A DNA stretch of 64,000 nt from Vulcanimicrobiota bacterium (GCA_963786105.1 CAWAXX010000017.1:246452-310451); one strand, 5' to 3'; numbered from the stretch's first letter, positions 18,135 through 29,006 are shown. Notes: generated by a model not told the origin, from the letters alone. Program-made: numbers and translations.

Positions 18135-20763
18135 ACCGGCGAGGCCGGCACGTCGCGTCGCCACGCGTCCTTCGCCAGCAGCAATGAAAGGTCGTGGCGC
18201 AACTGGTCGAGATGAGTGTCGTGGGTCGCGAACCAAGCCCAACCCGCGGCAAATCGGCGCTCGCGCTGGTCGAGGGCTCGAACTGCGTCGTGTACCTGAC
18301 GACGCACGGGATCGGCCAGGATCTCTACCCCGCGCGCGTCGCGCAGGAGGCGCTCGTAGGCTCGGACGTCGACCGTCACGCGATCGCTCAGGCTGTAGCC
18401 GCGCTTGGTGCTGGCGATCGCTTCTTTATCGGAAAGTTGGGCTCGCGTACGAGACACGCACATTTTGAGCGTGTTCAGCGCGGCTTCGCTATCGAGTGCG
18501 GGCCAAATCTCTCTCGCCAAGTCCTCTTTCGGCATACCCGCCGGTAGAAGAGCCAAGGCGACCAACAATTCGAGGCCGCGGTCCGACACGTGGAGGGCTT
18601 CGGTACCTCGCCAAACCTGTCCGTGCACGACGTCGACCCGCAGCGATCCAGATGTTGTTTGAGGGGCGAGCGCGCGACGCGAGCGGCGACGTTTTTGAAA
18701 ATACCGAAGTCGGATGGTTCCGGCGAATCGATCAATAGCTCGAGCGAAGCCTGGAGCGGCGGTGATTCGATGTATTGCGCGATCGCGCGCGCCTCGAGCA
18801 AACGGCGCCGCTGTGTCGGTAGTAAAAGCGCGGCGGCCACGCGGATCACGATGCGAAGAAAGTCGCTTTCAACGCGGTCGATTCCATCGATCGCTTGGTC
18901 GAAGAGTTCGACGGCCAGTTCGAGGTCTGTCGTCGCCATGGCGGCGTGCCAACGCGCGACCTGCAACGCGGAATGTGGAGCGTCCACGCTTCGTCGCGCG
19001 AGCGACGCTTCGACGCAGCGAGCGAAAGCGCGTACGGCAAGGTCGCCGCAGTCGTCCAGCAATTGGTTGGCGGACGTCACTCGTGCGTCGTCGTTACAAT
19101 ACCAAGCGGCCCAGGCGACGGCCCGGGCGGCGTTAACGATGCGGGACGTGACCCCGCCGGCTTGCACGGAGTACAGCGCCTCTTCGCTCAGCTTGAGCAG
19201 CTCGAGCCATTCGCCGAGAAAGCGTGCCTTTTCCATGGCGATGGCCGAGCGTTCGGTTTCGAAACGCCGATGGCGCGCGCCCGCAACGGCGTCGGCTTGG
19301 TCGACGAAGCCGTCGGATTGCGCAAAACACCCTTTTTCGCGGCCACGATAGCTTGCGTCATCAGTGCGAGACGCCGCTCTTCGGGCAGCTCTTCGAGGGC
19401 GCCCGCTGCGACCGCGGCTTCGAGTAAGGAACGCGCCTCGGCAAGCCGTTCGAGCTCGTGCGCGAGCGTCGCAAGCCGAACGCGCAAGCTTCGTTGCAGC
19501 GATGGCGGCGCGTCGTTGGCGACGGATTGAAGAAGGTGGACGCCTTCGTCGTAAAGCCGCGACGGGTCTACGGTCTGGCGGCGATAGGGGAGGGTCGCAA
19601 TCCACAGGTTGGGGTAGGAGCAAAGCGTCGAGATGCGGATCTTGACGAGGACGTCGATCAGCCGGTGAGACGGTTGGTAGAGCATGGCCGCCGGCAAACG
19701 ATCGAGCGCCGCCGCCGCCGCGTGTTCGTCCCCATTGGCGTCGTAGAGCTCGGCAGCACGCAGAAAATCGCCATTTTCCTCGTGCGCTCGCGCGGCTCGA
19801 ATGAGGTAGTTTGTGAGATCGACGGCGTGCCGCGCGCGTAGCGCGCGTAACAACAAGGGATGCGTCTGGTACGTGCCGGCTTCGGACGAAAGAAAGCCCG
19901 GAAGGTGCGCAAGCCGATCGACGATGGGCGTCGCGTGCGCAATGCCGGCGGCCGACGCGATATCGTCGAGCGACGCATTGGGAATGGCGGCGGCGGCGAG
20001 GATCGTCGCCATCATCTCGGGCGTAAACGCACCGAGCAACTCGTTGGCGAAAAAGTCGTGCAGATTCCGCGTGCGGAAGTTCGCCGAGCCGATCGATGAG
20101 CTGTTCGACGTTGGCGTCGTAGCGCGCAAAGAGCGCCAGCAATAAGAGCACCGTCGGCCAGCCGTCGGTTAACCGGCCAATGCGTTCGATATGTTCGAGC
20201 GAGACGTCGACGCCTTCAAAGGCCGAGCGCACTTCGTCGCCGTCGAAACGTAAATCGTGGCTCGAGAGCGTGAGCATTTGGTGCGGAGCAAGATAGTGCG
20301 AAAAGCGAATCGGAAGCGGCGTCCGGGCACTGACGAGCACGACGCGCTCGCGCGGACGCGCCGCCAGCAAATCGCCCAAGAGCGCCAACACGCCGGTATT
20401 TTGCGCGATAGCTTCGCCGTGATCGAAGACGAAAAGGGAGTGGTCGATGCGCGATTTCCACGCCTCGAGCAGCGTGCGGCGCCAGGCGGCCGCATCCGCG
20501 TCGGTTGCGTGCAGTCGCAGACGGTCCAACGCGATCGAATCGCCGCTGGACGGCCATTCGCCGGCTAATGCCGATATGGTGCGGCTGGCGAAGTCTTTGA
20601 CGTCGGCAACGCCGGCGCAATCGCAGATGGCGTGGCGTTCGAAGCGTCGCGCGTACAAACGCGCAAGCGAGGATTTCCCGTAGCCTGCCGGAGCGAAGAG
20701 GCAAACGAGGCGCGGCTCGGATGCGAACAGCCGTTGCAGAAGGCGGCTTCGCGGCGGCGTCAT
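18092..20763 (-). CDS. MalT-like STAND NTPase regulator with C-terminal OmpR/SARP-type winged helix; 3 apparent frameshifts
   Basis: APAGYGKS P-loop, LRFDGDE, TDGWP, YQTHPLL; C-terminal LLVALAL..REIWP..LKMCVSR.R..RGYSL; frame switches near 20070, 19330, 18645. Confidence 0.75.
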
Positions 20764-20850
20764 TCAGCCAGGTATTGTGCGGGCGGCGAACCGCTCCTCG
20801 GCCGCGCTTGGTGGACCAAGACGCTCAGCGATCGGTCGCGCGACGGCGGG

Positions 20851-21531
20851 TTAGCCAACGGCCGTCGGCGTCTTGGTGCGGAGGCGTTTTTCGAGTAGGG
20901 AGATCCACTCGGCCATCCCAGCGCCGGTGCGTGCCGAAAGCTCGAGAATCTGCGCGCTCGGATTGACCGAGCGGATGCTTTTTTGCGCCGCGTCGCGGTC
21001 GAAGCCGACCGCATCGGCGATATCGATCTTGGTAACGACGGCGACTTGCGAGGTATTGAACGCGAGCGGATATTTGAGCGGCTTGTCCTCGCCCTCGGTA
21101 ACGGCGATCAAAACGATGCGCGAGATCTTCACCAAGATCGTATTCCGCAGGGCAAATCAGGTTGCCGACGTTTTCGATGAAGAGCACGTCGAAGTCCGGT
21201 TGCTGCCAGTCGTCGAGGGCTTTGGTGATCATGTCGGCGTCGAGGCGGCATTCGGCAGCCGTCGTGATCTGACGAACCGGTGCACCGCTGCGTGCCAGGC
21301 GCTCCGCATCGTTGGCCGTCGCTTGATCGCCGACGAGCGCTGCCACGCGGTAGCGTGCCCGAGAAGCGTCGCATCGTTTCCTCGAGCAACGTCGTCTTCC
21401 CAGAGCCCGGACTCGAAAGGATGTTGACGACGCAGCGTACCGGACTCGGCAAAGCGCTCGCGCAGCCGTGCGGCGATCGCATTGTTCTTCGTCATGAGAT
21501 TCGATGCTATTTCGACGACGCGCATTTTCAT
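20851..21531 (-). CDS. hypB: Hydrogenase nickel incorporation GTPase HypB; 3 apparent +1 frameshifts
   Basis: SSPGSGKTTLLE, IENVGNLICPAEYDLGE, TEGEDKPLKYP, TKID spread over successive frames. Confidence 0.9.
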
Positions 21532-21876
21532 GCGGGAACCTCCATGGCGACGAGTTGCATTTCGCGTCCGCGCACGATTCGCGGCGAGGGCGTGTTGCAT
21601 TCGGGGCAAAGCAAGACCGGTTCCCGGGCGCGGCGCGCGTTCGTCTTCGCAAAGCTCGCAGAAAACGACGAGCGGAATTTCTTCGACGACCAACGTGCTG
21701 CCTTCGGCAACCGTCTCGGCGGTCGCAACGTCCCACGAGAAGAGCAACGCGTCTCGCACGACGCCGCTGAACGCACCGATGCGCACGTGCACGGCAGTCA
21801 CGCGTTCGATGCCTTGGTCGGAGGCGGCCGCCTGGACGCCGTCGAGGAGAGCGAGAGCTACGGTGATTTCGTGCAC
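21528..21876 (-). CDS. hypA: Hydrogenase nickel metallochaperone HypA; 1 apparent frameshift
   Basis: MHEI start, CELC and CPEC in adjacent frames, GREMQL. Confidence 0.9.
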
Positions 21877-21909
21877 GAACGTGGGTCCTCGCAGAGGCTG
21901 CGTTCCGAC

Positions 21910-21920
21910 AGCATACCACA
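21910..21920 (-). promoter_or_regulatory. Extended -10 promoter for hypA-hypB-regulator
   Basis: TGTGGTATGCT about 35 nt upstream of the GTG start. Confidence 0.55.
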
Positions 21921-21958
21921 AGCTCTCGTTCGCGCTCGTAGGTTCGCGTACGCGGCAG

Positions 21959-22090
21959 GTAACGACGACGTAACGTGTTTTTGCGGCACGAGGCTCAAAA
22001 TCGCCTCGCACGGTCGAGGGCGATCGTAGAAAGCCGCCTTACCGCTCGTGCGAGGTTTTATCGGGCCAATCTCGGTAACCGAGCGGTAAC
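21959..22090. promoter_or_regulatory. Two GTAAC-N6-GTAAC direct-repeat pairs (winged-helix-type operator)
   Basis: GTAAC at 21959/21970 and 22075/22086, each pair 11 bp apart. Confidence 0.6.
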
Positions 22091-22132
22091 GACGGAGCTC
22101 ACCGCGGCTGCTGAAACTGCGTGTTCGTCTAC

Positions 22133-22146
22133 TTGAATTTCTTCAA
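22133..22146. promoter_or_regulatory. Crp/Fnr-like palindrome TTGAA-N4-TTCAA
   Basis: Dyad in AT-rich stretch about 90 nt upstream of hhyS. Confidence 0.45.
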
Positions 22147-22235
22147 ATATTACTCTAGCCTGAATTCATTCTCCGAAAGTATTGCAACCGTCGCAACGAC
22201 GGATATTCGGCGCCAATCGCGTGAGGGACATTGCA

Positions 22236-23252
22236 ATGGCGGACACGGTCGTAAACGTTCTTTGGATTCCAGCGGGGCTCAGTTGCGACGGCGACTCGGT
22301 CGCACTGACGGCGGCGATGCAGCCGAGCATCGAGGAGATCGCCCTCGGCGCGTTGCCGGGTTTACCGGGCGTGAAGTTTCACTGGCCGCTGATCGAGTAC
22401 AGTCTCGGCGGTGCGGAGTTTCTGGAGGCGTTCTTCAAGGCGGAGCGCGGGGAACTCGATCCGTTCGTACTCGTGATCGAGGGCTCGATACCCAACGAAG
22501 AGATCAAAAAGGAAGGCTACTTCTCGGGGTTCGGCAACGCACCCGGAACCGACCAACCGATTACGTTCAGCGGCTGGATCGATCGCCTGTCGCCCAAGGC
22601 GTGGGCGATTCTCGCGGCGGGAACGTGCGCGACCTACGGCGGCATTCATGCGATGGCCGGTAACCCGACCGGCGCAATGGGCATCCTCGACTATCTTGGA
22701 TGGGATTGGAAATCGAGCGCCGGCGTGCCGATCGTTTGCGTGCCCGGCTGTCCGACGCATCCCGATAATCTGTCCGAGACGATTCTGTACTTGCTGTGGC
22801 AAGCCGCCGGGCGCGCGCCGATGATTCCGCTCGACGAGGCGGGCCGGCCGACCTGGCTATTCGGCAACACCGTACACGAGGGATGCGATCGCGCCGGCTA
22901 CTACGAGCAAGGCGAGTTCGCGCACGAGTACGACTCACCGAAGTGCTTGGTGAAACTGGGCTGCTGGGGGCCGGTCGTCAAGTGCAACGTTCCCAAACGC
23001 GGTTGGATGGGCGGCGTCGGCGGGTGTCCCAACGTCGGCGGCATCTGCATCGGCTGCACGATGCCGGGCTTTCCCGACAAGTTCATGCCGTTCATGGACG
23101 AACCGCCCGGCGGAAAGATTTCGTCGAGCGTCAGCACGGCTTACGGCACGATTGTCAAGACGATGCGTAATTTCACGATCGCGACCGTCGACAAGGAACC
23201 ACAGTGGCGGCGTAAAGGCAAAAAACTCACTACCGGATACGTACGGCATTAA
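22236..23252 (+). CDS. hhyS: Group 1h [NiFe]-hydrogenase small subunit
   Basis: AGLSCDGDS (Asp-ligated proximal cluster), GTCATYGG, PGCP, HEGCDR, CLVKLGCWGP, CIGCTMPGFPD; no Tat signal. Confidence 0.93.
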   Translation: MADTVVNVLWIPAGLSCDGDSVALTAAMQPSIEEIALGALPGLPGVKFHWPLIEYSLGGAEFLEAFFKAERGELDPFVLVIEGSIPNEEIKKEGYFSGFGNAPGTDQPITFSGWIDRLSPKAWAILAAGTCATYGGIHAMAGNPTGAMGILDYLGWDWKSSAGVPIVCVPGCPTHPDNLSETILYLLWQAAGRAPMIPLDEAGRPTWLFGNTVHEGCDRAGYYEQGEFAHEYDSPKCLVKLGCWGPVVKCNVPKRGWMGGVGGCPNVGGICIGCTMPGFPDKFMPFMDEPPGGKISSSVSTAYGTIVKTMRNFTIATVDKEPQWRRKGKKLTTGYVRH

Positions 23253-23291
23253 TCGATCGCGGCACCGTCGCTATCGCACGAGAGGAAACGC

Positions 23292-25082
23292 ATGGCCATT
23301 AAAGATCTCCCCGCTACGGGGACCGGAACGCAGCCTTCACGGCTGGTGGAAATGTCGTGGGATCCGATTACGAGGATCGTTGGCAGCCTCGGGATCTATA
23401 CGAAGATCGACTTTCAAAAAAAGGTCGTTGCCGAATGCCATGCGACCTCGTCGATCTTTCGCGGATACAGCATCTTCATGAAAGGCAAAGATCCACGCGA
23501 CGCGCATTTCATCACCTCGCGCATCTGTGGAATCTGTGGAGACAACCACTGCGTCTGCTCGGTGTACGCGCAAAACATGGCGTTCGGGGTGCGCCCTCCG
23601 GCGATGGGCGAGTGGATTATGAATCTCGGTGAAGCCGCCGAGTACATGTTCGACCACAACATTTTCCAAGAAAATCTCGTCGGAGTGGATTATTGCGAGA
23701 AGATGGTCCGCGAGACCAATCCGAGCGTGTGGGAGAAAGCCAAGAGAACCGAAGCCCCCAACGCGAAGATTCACGGTTACAAGACGATCGCCGACATCAT
23801 GTCGGCGCTGAACCCATTTTCCGGCGATTTCTATCGCCAAGCGCTGCAGATCAGCCGATATACGCGCGAAATGTTCTGCCTGATGGAAGGGCGTCACGTG
23901 CATCCGTCGACGCTCTACGCCGGCGGCACCGGTACCGTCGCGACGCAACAGCTTTTCACCGATTACTATTCTCGTTTAATGCGGTACGTCGAGTACATGA
24001 AGGTTTGCGTACCGCTGCACGACGACCTATTCGACTTTTGGTACCAAGCCCTACCCGGCTACGAACACAATGGCGAACGTCGAATTCTGCTCGGATGTTG
24101 GGGTGCGTTCCAAGACCCCGACCATTGCGATTTTCAGTACAAGAACATGACGAACTGGGGCCGCAAGATGTTCGTGACGCCCGGTGTCGTCGTGGACGGG
24201 AAGCTGGTCACCAACGACTTGGTAGCGATCAATCTCGGCATTCGCATCCTACTCGGGCATTCGTATTACGACGACTGGGAGAGCGAAGAAACGTTCGTGC
24301 CGCAGGATCCGCTGGGTAATCCGGTCGACCGGCGCCACCCGTGGAATATGCACACTCTGCCGACGCCCAAGAAGCGCGATTTCGGCAAGCAATATAGCTG
24401 GGTAATGTCGCCGCGCTGGTTCGACGGCAAGGATCATCTCGCTCTCGATACCGGTGGAGGCGCCATCGCTCGGCTGTGGTCGACCGCTCTTTCGGGGCTT
24501 GTCGACATGAACGGCTACATCAAGGCGACCGGCACCAGCGTGCAAATCAATCTACCCAAGAGTGTCTTGACCGGGCCCGTGTCATTTGAGTGGAAAGTGC
24601 CGAAATGGTCGAATACGCTCGAGCGCAACCGCGCGCGGACGTACTTCCAGGCGTATTCGGCGGCCGCCGCGCTGTACTTCCTCGACAAGGCGTTCGAGGA
24701 ACTCAACGCCGGCAGAACGCGGTCGTGGGAACCGTTCACCGTGCCGGAAGAGGCCATCGGCTGCGGCTTCACCGAGGCCGTACGCGGCGTGCTCTCGCAT
24801 CACATGGTGATCCGCGAAGGCAAGATCGCCAACTATCATCCGTGGCCGCCCACGCCCTGGAACGGCAACCCGCGCGACGTCTACGGCACGCCGGGACCGT
24901 ACGAAGACGCCGTGCAAAACACGCCGATTCACGAGGAAAACGGCCCGGATGCTTTCAAGGGGATCGACATCATGCGCGCGGTGCGCAGCTTCGACCCGTG
25001 CCTGCCGTGCGGCGTGCACATGTACCTCGGCGACGACAAGACGATCGAAACGGTTCACTCGCCGCTAGCGCCGTTCGAATAG
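23292..25082 (+). CDS. hhyL: Group 1h [NiFe]-hydrogenase large subunit
   Basis: L1 TSRICGICGDNH and L2 SFDPCLPCGVH with cleavable C-terminal tail. Confidence 0.95.
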   Translation: MAIKDLPATGTGTQPSRLVEMSWDPITRIVGSLGIYTKIDFQKKVVAECHATSSIFRGYSIFMKGKDPRDAHFITSRICGICGDNHCVCSVYAQNMAFGVRPPAMGEWIMNLGEAAEYMFDHNIFQENLVGVDYCEKMVRETNPSVWEKAKRTEAPNAKIHGYKTIADIMSALNPFSGDFYRQALQISRYTREMFCLMEGRHVHPSTLYAGGTGTVATQQLFTDYYSRLMRYVEYMKVCVPLHDDLFDFWYQALPGYEHNGERRILLGCWGAFQDPDHCDFQYKNMTNWGRKMFVTPGVVVDGKLVTNDLVAINLGIRILLGHSYYDDWESEETFVPQDPLGNPVDRRHPWNMHTLPTPKKRDFGKQYSWVMSPRWFDGKDHLALDTGGGAIARLWSTALSGLVDMNGYIKATGTSVQINLPKSVLTGPVSFEWKVPKWSNTLERNRARTYFQAYSAAAALYFLDKAFEELNAGRTRSWEPFTVPEEAIGCGFTEAVRGVLSHHMVIREGKIANYHPWPPTPWNGNPRDVYGTPGPYEDAVQNTPIHEENGPDAFKGIDIMRAVRSFDPCLPCGVHMYLGDDKTIETVHSPLAPFE

Positions 25083-25094
25083 CGCCGAGCGCGT

Positions 25095-25645
25095 ATGGCG
25101 GCTCGCGTCTCGGCGATGGCCGATCGAGTCGAGGAGCTCCTCGCGGGTTTCGATGCGGATCAGACTCCGCAACGCGCCCGCGAGCGAGCGGAAGAGCTCG
25201 TGCGAACGATCGTCGGATTCTACGGCGAGGGCCTCGAGCGCTTGCTCACGATCGCGCACCAGACCCTCGGAGACGAGGCGTCGGAAGCGGTGTTTGCGCG
25301 GTTGTCGGCCGACAAACTGGTCGAGAGCCTCCTGTGCCTGCACGGGCTGCATCCCGTGTCGCTGGAGGATCGCATCGATGCGGCGCTGCAGTCGGTGCTG
25401 CCGTACGTCAAGTCGCACGAGGGAAATATGGAGGTGTCGCGCATCGAAGGCGACGTCGTCTACCTTCGTCTCGAGCGGCAGCTGCGACGGATGTCCGGCT
25501 TCCAGCGTGACGCTGAAAATGGCCGTCGAGCGTGCGATTCTGGAGCGCGTCCCGGAAATTCGCGAAGTGCTCGCCGAACCGGCAGAAGCACGCGGCTCCC
25601 GGTGTCATCGAAGACAGCACGCTTCGAATTCTGAGCCCGGCATGA
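25095..25645 (+). CDS. NifU-like Fe-S protein (HhyE-like); 2 apparent frameshifts
   Basis: LHGLHP, PYVKSHEG, (G)SCDGCPASSVTLK in shifted frame; corrected stop overlaps next ATG (ATGA). Confidence 0.8.
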
Positions 25646-26295
25646 GTTCGATGAAAGACCGAGACGGCAAAGACAACGTCGCGATGCTCCGAAAGATGTT
25701 GGAGAAGCGACCACCGGCGGGCGAGCGATGCGATTTCTGCTCTACCCCTCTGCGGGCCCGAGCACAGCCACTTGATCGAGCTGGCGGCGCGCAGAATCGT
25801 GTGTGCGTGCCGTCCCTGCTATATCGTGTTCGAGCCGAAAGGTGCGGCCCAGGGCGTTATCGCACGATTCCGACGCGCTATCGGAAGATCGACGAGTTTT
25901 CGCTCGACGACGCGAAATGGGACGCGTTACAGATTCCCATCGGCCTGGCATTCTTTTTTCACAACTCGATCGAGAATCGAATGGTCGCGTTTTATCCCAG
26001 CCCGGCGGGCGCGACGGAATCGCTGCTGCCGCTCGATACCTGGGCCGAAATCACCACCGAGTTTCCCGCCCTCGCGTCGCTCGAGCCCGACGTCGAGGCG
26101 ATCCTGATACAACGCAGTAGAGACGTCTCGCGTTGTTTCGTCGTTCCGGTAGACTCGGCGTATGAACTGGTCGGACTGATCCGCACGTGCTGGAAGGGCT
26201 TTGACGGCGGCCAAGAGGCGCATGCAAAGATCGCCGAATATTTCGACAAAATCGAGCAGCGTAGCCGAGGCAAGGTGACCGCGAGGGTGTCATGA
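25642..26295 (+). CDS. DUF5947-like (HhaA-like) protein; 2 apparent frameshifts
   Basis: ERCDFC, HSHL, CACRPC, IPIGLAFF, YPSPAGATESLL, WKGFDGG. Confidence 0.8.
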   Translation: MSSMKDRDGKDNVAMLRKMLEKRPPAGERCDFCSTPLRARAQPLDRAGGAQNRVCVPSLLYRVRAERCGPGRYRTIPTRYRKIDEFSLDDAKWDALQIPIGLAFFFHNSIENRMVAFYPSPAGATESLLPLDTWAEITTEFPALASLEPDVEAILIQRSRDVSRCFVVPVDSAYELVGLIRTCWKGFDGGQEAHAKIAEYFDKIEQRSRGKVTARVS

Positions 26296-26930
26296 TCGAT
26301 CTCGCCTTCTCTATCGTCGGGGCTCGTTCCGAGCGTTACGCAGCTTCACCCTTACTCGTCCTGCGTTTGCGTATCACGGAAAGTACCGGCGCGAACGTCC
26401 AGGCAATCGCGCTGCGCGCCCAGATTCAGCTCGAGGTTCAGCGGCGCCGTTACGCACCCGAAGAGAGCGCGCTGCTCGACGAACTCTTCGGCCAGCCGTC
26501 GCGCTACGCTGACACGCTTAAGCCCATGCTGTGGACGCACGTTTCTGCGATGGTGTTGCCCTTCCGGCGAGAGACCGAAGTCGACCTTCAGATTCCCTGC
26601 AGCTACGATTTCGAGGTGGCCGCGCACAAGTATCTGGCCTCGCTCCATGACGGCATCGTCCCACTCGATCTGCTTTTTAGCGGAACGGTATTCGTAGAAG
26701 GCGAGGGCGGCGCGACGCCGGAGTTCGTGCCATGGAGCTGCGAGGCGCGCTACGCGCTGCCGGTCGCGGTGTGGCGTGAATCGGTCGACGCGGCGTTTCC
26801 AAACTCGGCCTGGATCCGGGTAAGCCGCGACGTGTTCGACGACTTACGCCGCTTCAAAATCGCCGCCGGTCTGCGCACCTGGGACGCAGCGATGGAAAGC
26901 TTGTGCTCGAAAGCGAGGGTCGAGTCGTGA
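26292..26930 (+). CDS. DUF6084-like (HhaB-like) protein
   Basis: RRRY, LFG.P.R, PCSYDFEVAAHKY, LLFSGTVF, VPWSCE, FPNSAW. Confidence 0.85.
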   Translation: MIDLAFSIVGARSERYAASPLLVLRLRITESTGANVQAIALRAQIQLEVQRRRYAPEESALLDELFGQPSRYADTLKPMLWTHVSAMVLPFRRETEVDLQIPCSYDFEVAAHKYLASLHDGIVPLDLLFSGTVFVEGEGGATPEFVPWSCEARYALPVAVWRESVDAAFPNSAWIRVSRDVFDDLRRFKIAAGLRTWDAAMESLCSKARVES

Positions 26931-28262
26931 GTTGTTTCTCGCCGGCGCTCGACGTCGCCAACGCCGTACTATACGAAGGGTACATTCTCTATCCATACAC
27001 GGCATCGGCGCGGAAGAACCGCATTCGTTGGCAGTTTGGAGTGATCGTTCCGCACGCGTACGCGGAACTAAGCGGGACGGGCGAACCGGCAGAATCGCGA
27101 ACCGAAGTGCTGCTCGAGAGCAGCGGCGAGACCGAAGTCGACGTCGTCGTTCGCTTCCTGCAGGTCGAGATGCGTCAGGTCGAAGCGTGGACGGGAACGT
27201 CGTTCGAACCCGTCGAGCGTCTAACGGTTGGCGGTCAGACCTACCTGACGTTCGACGAGGGTGTCGAGCGCGAGGTTCCGGCTTGCCTGCGCATTTCCGG
27301 CGGCAGCGCGGTTGCCGTTCCGATCGCCTTTTCAGCCGACGAAAACGTCGAGTTGCTGCGCGACGCCGGCGACGCGCTGCGCGGGCGCATCGTGCGACGG
27401 CGCTGGCCCTTGCATGGAGCCGTCGTCGCGGAATGGGAGGCGCTTCCCGATAGACCGGCGTTGTACAAGGTGCGCGTGCGCGTGGAAAATCGCTCGGCGG
27501 TGGTACCAGGCGAGCGCAGCTCGGCTCTGCGCACGGCGTTCGTATCGACGCATACGCTCTTGCACGCTACGGGCGGCGCGTTTCTTCTCGTCGCTCGATC
27601 CGCCGGACTACGCGGTCGGACTGACGCCGCTGACGAACCGGCACACGTGGCCCGTTTTGGTCGGGGACGAAGCGGCCGATCCGAAGCGCTCGGCCTTGAT
27701 GCTCTCGTCGCCGATCATTTTGTACGATTTTCCCGCCGTTGCGCACCGCAAAGCGAAGGCCGACACGTTCGACGCAACGGAGGTCGACGAGTTGATGATG
27801 CTGAGCGTGCTGAGCCTGTCGGACGAAGAACGTCGCCGAGGCGCGAGCGACCGATCCTCGGGCACGAGCGATCGTAGAACGCGCGGAACGTCTCGACGCA
27901 CGCGAGTTGGCCCGCTTGCACGGGACGTTGCTGCAAACGAAAGACGAGCGGCCCGGGCGACCGGATCCGTTGTCAGCACTCGACATTCCCGCTATGGACT
28001 GCGTTTTCGTCGATGGGGTAAAGGTGCGAAAGGTTCGCAGGTGCGCTTGCATCCCAAGCGGCGCGCCGATGTTTGGGACGTATTCATCGACGGGAAGATC
28101 GCGACCGTGCGAGCGATCCATCAAGACGTTGAAGACGCGATGTACGTCGCGGTGACCGTCGACGAGGATCCCGCCAGCGATTTGCACGACTGGTACGGTC
28201 GCGCGTTCTTCTTTTATCCCGATGAGGTCGAGCCGCTCGGCCTGGCGGCGCGGGAGGCTTGA
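26927..28262 (+). CDS. Conserved hydrogenase-associated protein (HhaC-like); at least 3 apparent frameshifts
   Basis: AVLYEGYILYPY.ASA.KN..RWQFG, TWPVL, SSPIILYDFP, FDATEVDE, RRAD, GR.FFFYPDEVEP across frames. Confidence 0.8.
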
Positions 28263-28761
28263 TGCGACTGCTGGTGGCGGGAATCGGCAACATCTTTTTC
28301 GGCGACGACGGGTTCGGCTCGGAAGTCGTCCGGCTGCTTCGGCCGACGAGCAAATCGAAGGCGTGACGATCGAAGATTACGGGATTCGAGGCATGCACTT
28401 GGCCTACGATTTGGTCTCTGGCTACGATCGGGCGATCCTGATCGACGCCGTGCCGCGCGGCGGAAAGCCCGGCACGCTGTATGCCATCGAACCCGACGTG
28501 CGTCTTTCAGGAACGACGCCCGATGCCCACCGGATGGATCTCGAAAACGTCTTCGCTTTTGTGAAGACGATCGGCGGCGATCTTCCGCCGATTACGATCG
28601 TCGGCTGCGAGCCGTCGGCTGCCGAGGAAACCATCGGACTATCCCACGCCGTGCGAGCGGCGGTGGAATCCGCCGCGCAGGTGGTTCGCCGGTTGGTTCG
28701 CGACGCACTCGACGCACACGATTCACTGCAACGAAGGAGCCCGGTATGGACAGAGGCCTGA
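28262..28761 (+). CDS. Hydrogenase maturation protease; 1 apparent frameshift
   Basis: MRLLVAGIGNIFFGDDGFG, then DYGIRGMHLAY, IDA, DAH.M, VGCEP. Confidence 0.88.
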
Positions 28762-29006
28762 TCGTCGGAGCGATTGCATTCGTGGCCGCGTTTGCGGCCG
28801 AGCGCCTATATTCCAGCATGGCCAAAGACATCGCGCGTTACGAAGAGATGCGGAAGATGTCGGGTCAGCCGCCGATCTTAAAAGAGCTGCTCTCGACCGT
28901 TTTGGGTGGCGGCGTCGACGATAAAGACGCTCCGGCACGCGCCGGCGGCTTCGTCGCCGACTTGACGAACGACGTCATGCGCTACGCCAGGATGCGAAAT
29001 ATGTGA
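28746..29006 (+). CDS. Small single-TM protein (DUF6893-like) with duplicated DxxRYxxMRxM motif
   Basis: AGGAG RBS, hydrophobic N-terminus, DIARYEEMRKM and DVMRYARMRNM. Confidence 0.75.
   Translation: MDRGLIVGAIAFVAAFAAERLYSSMAKDIARYEEMRKMSGQPPILKELLSTVLGGGVDDKDAPARAGGFVADLTNDVMRYARMRNM

Noticed and set aside
25153..26295. Apparent NifU-DUF5947 fusion ORF
   Set aside because: Produced by indels; repair gives a stop at 25645 overlapping the next ATG
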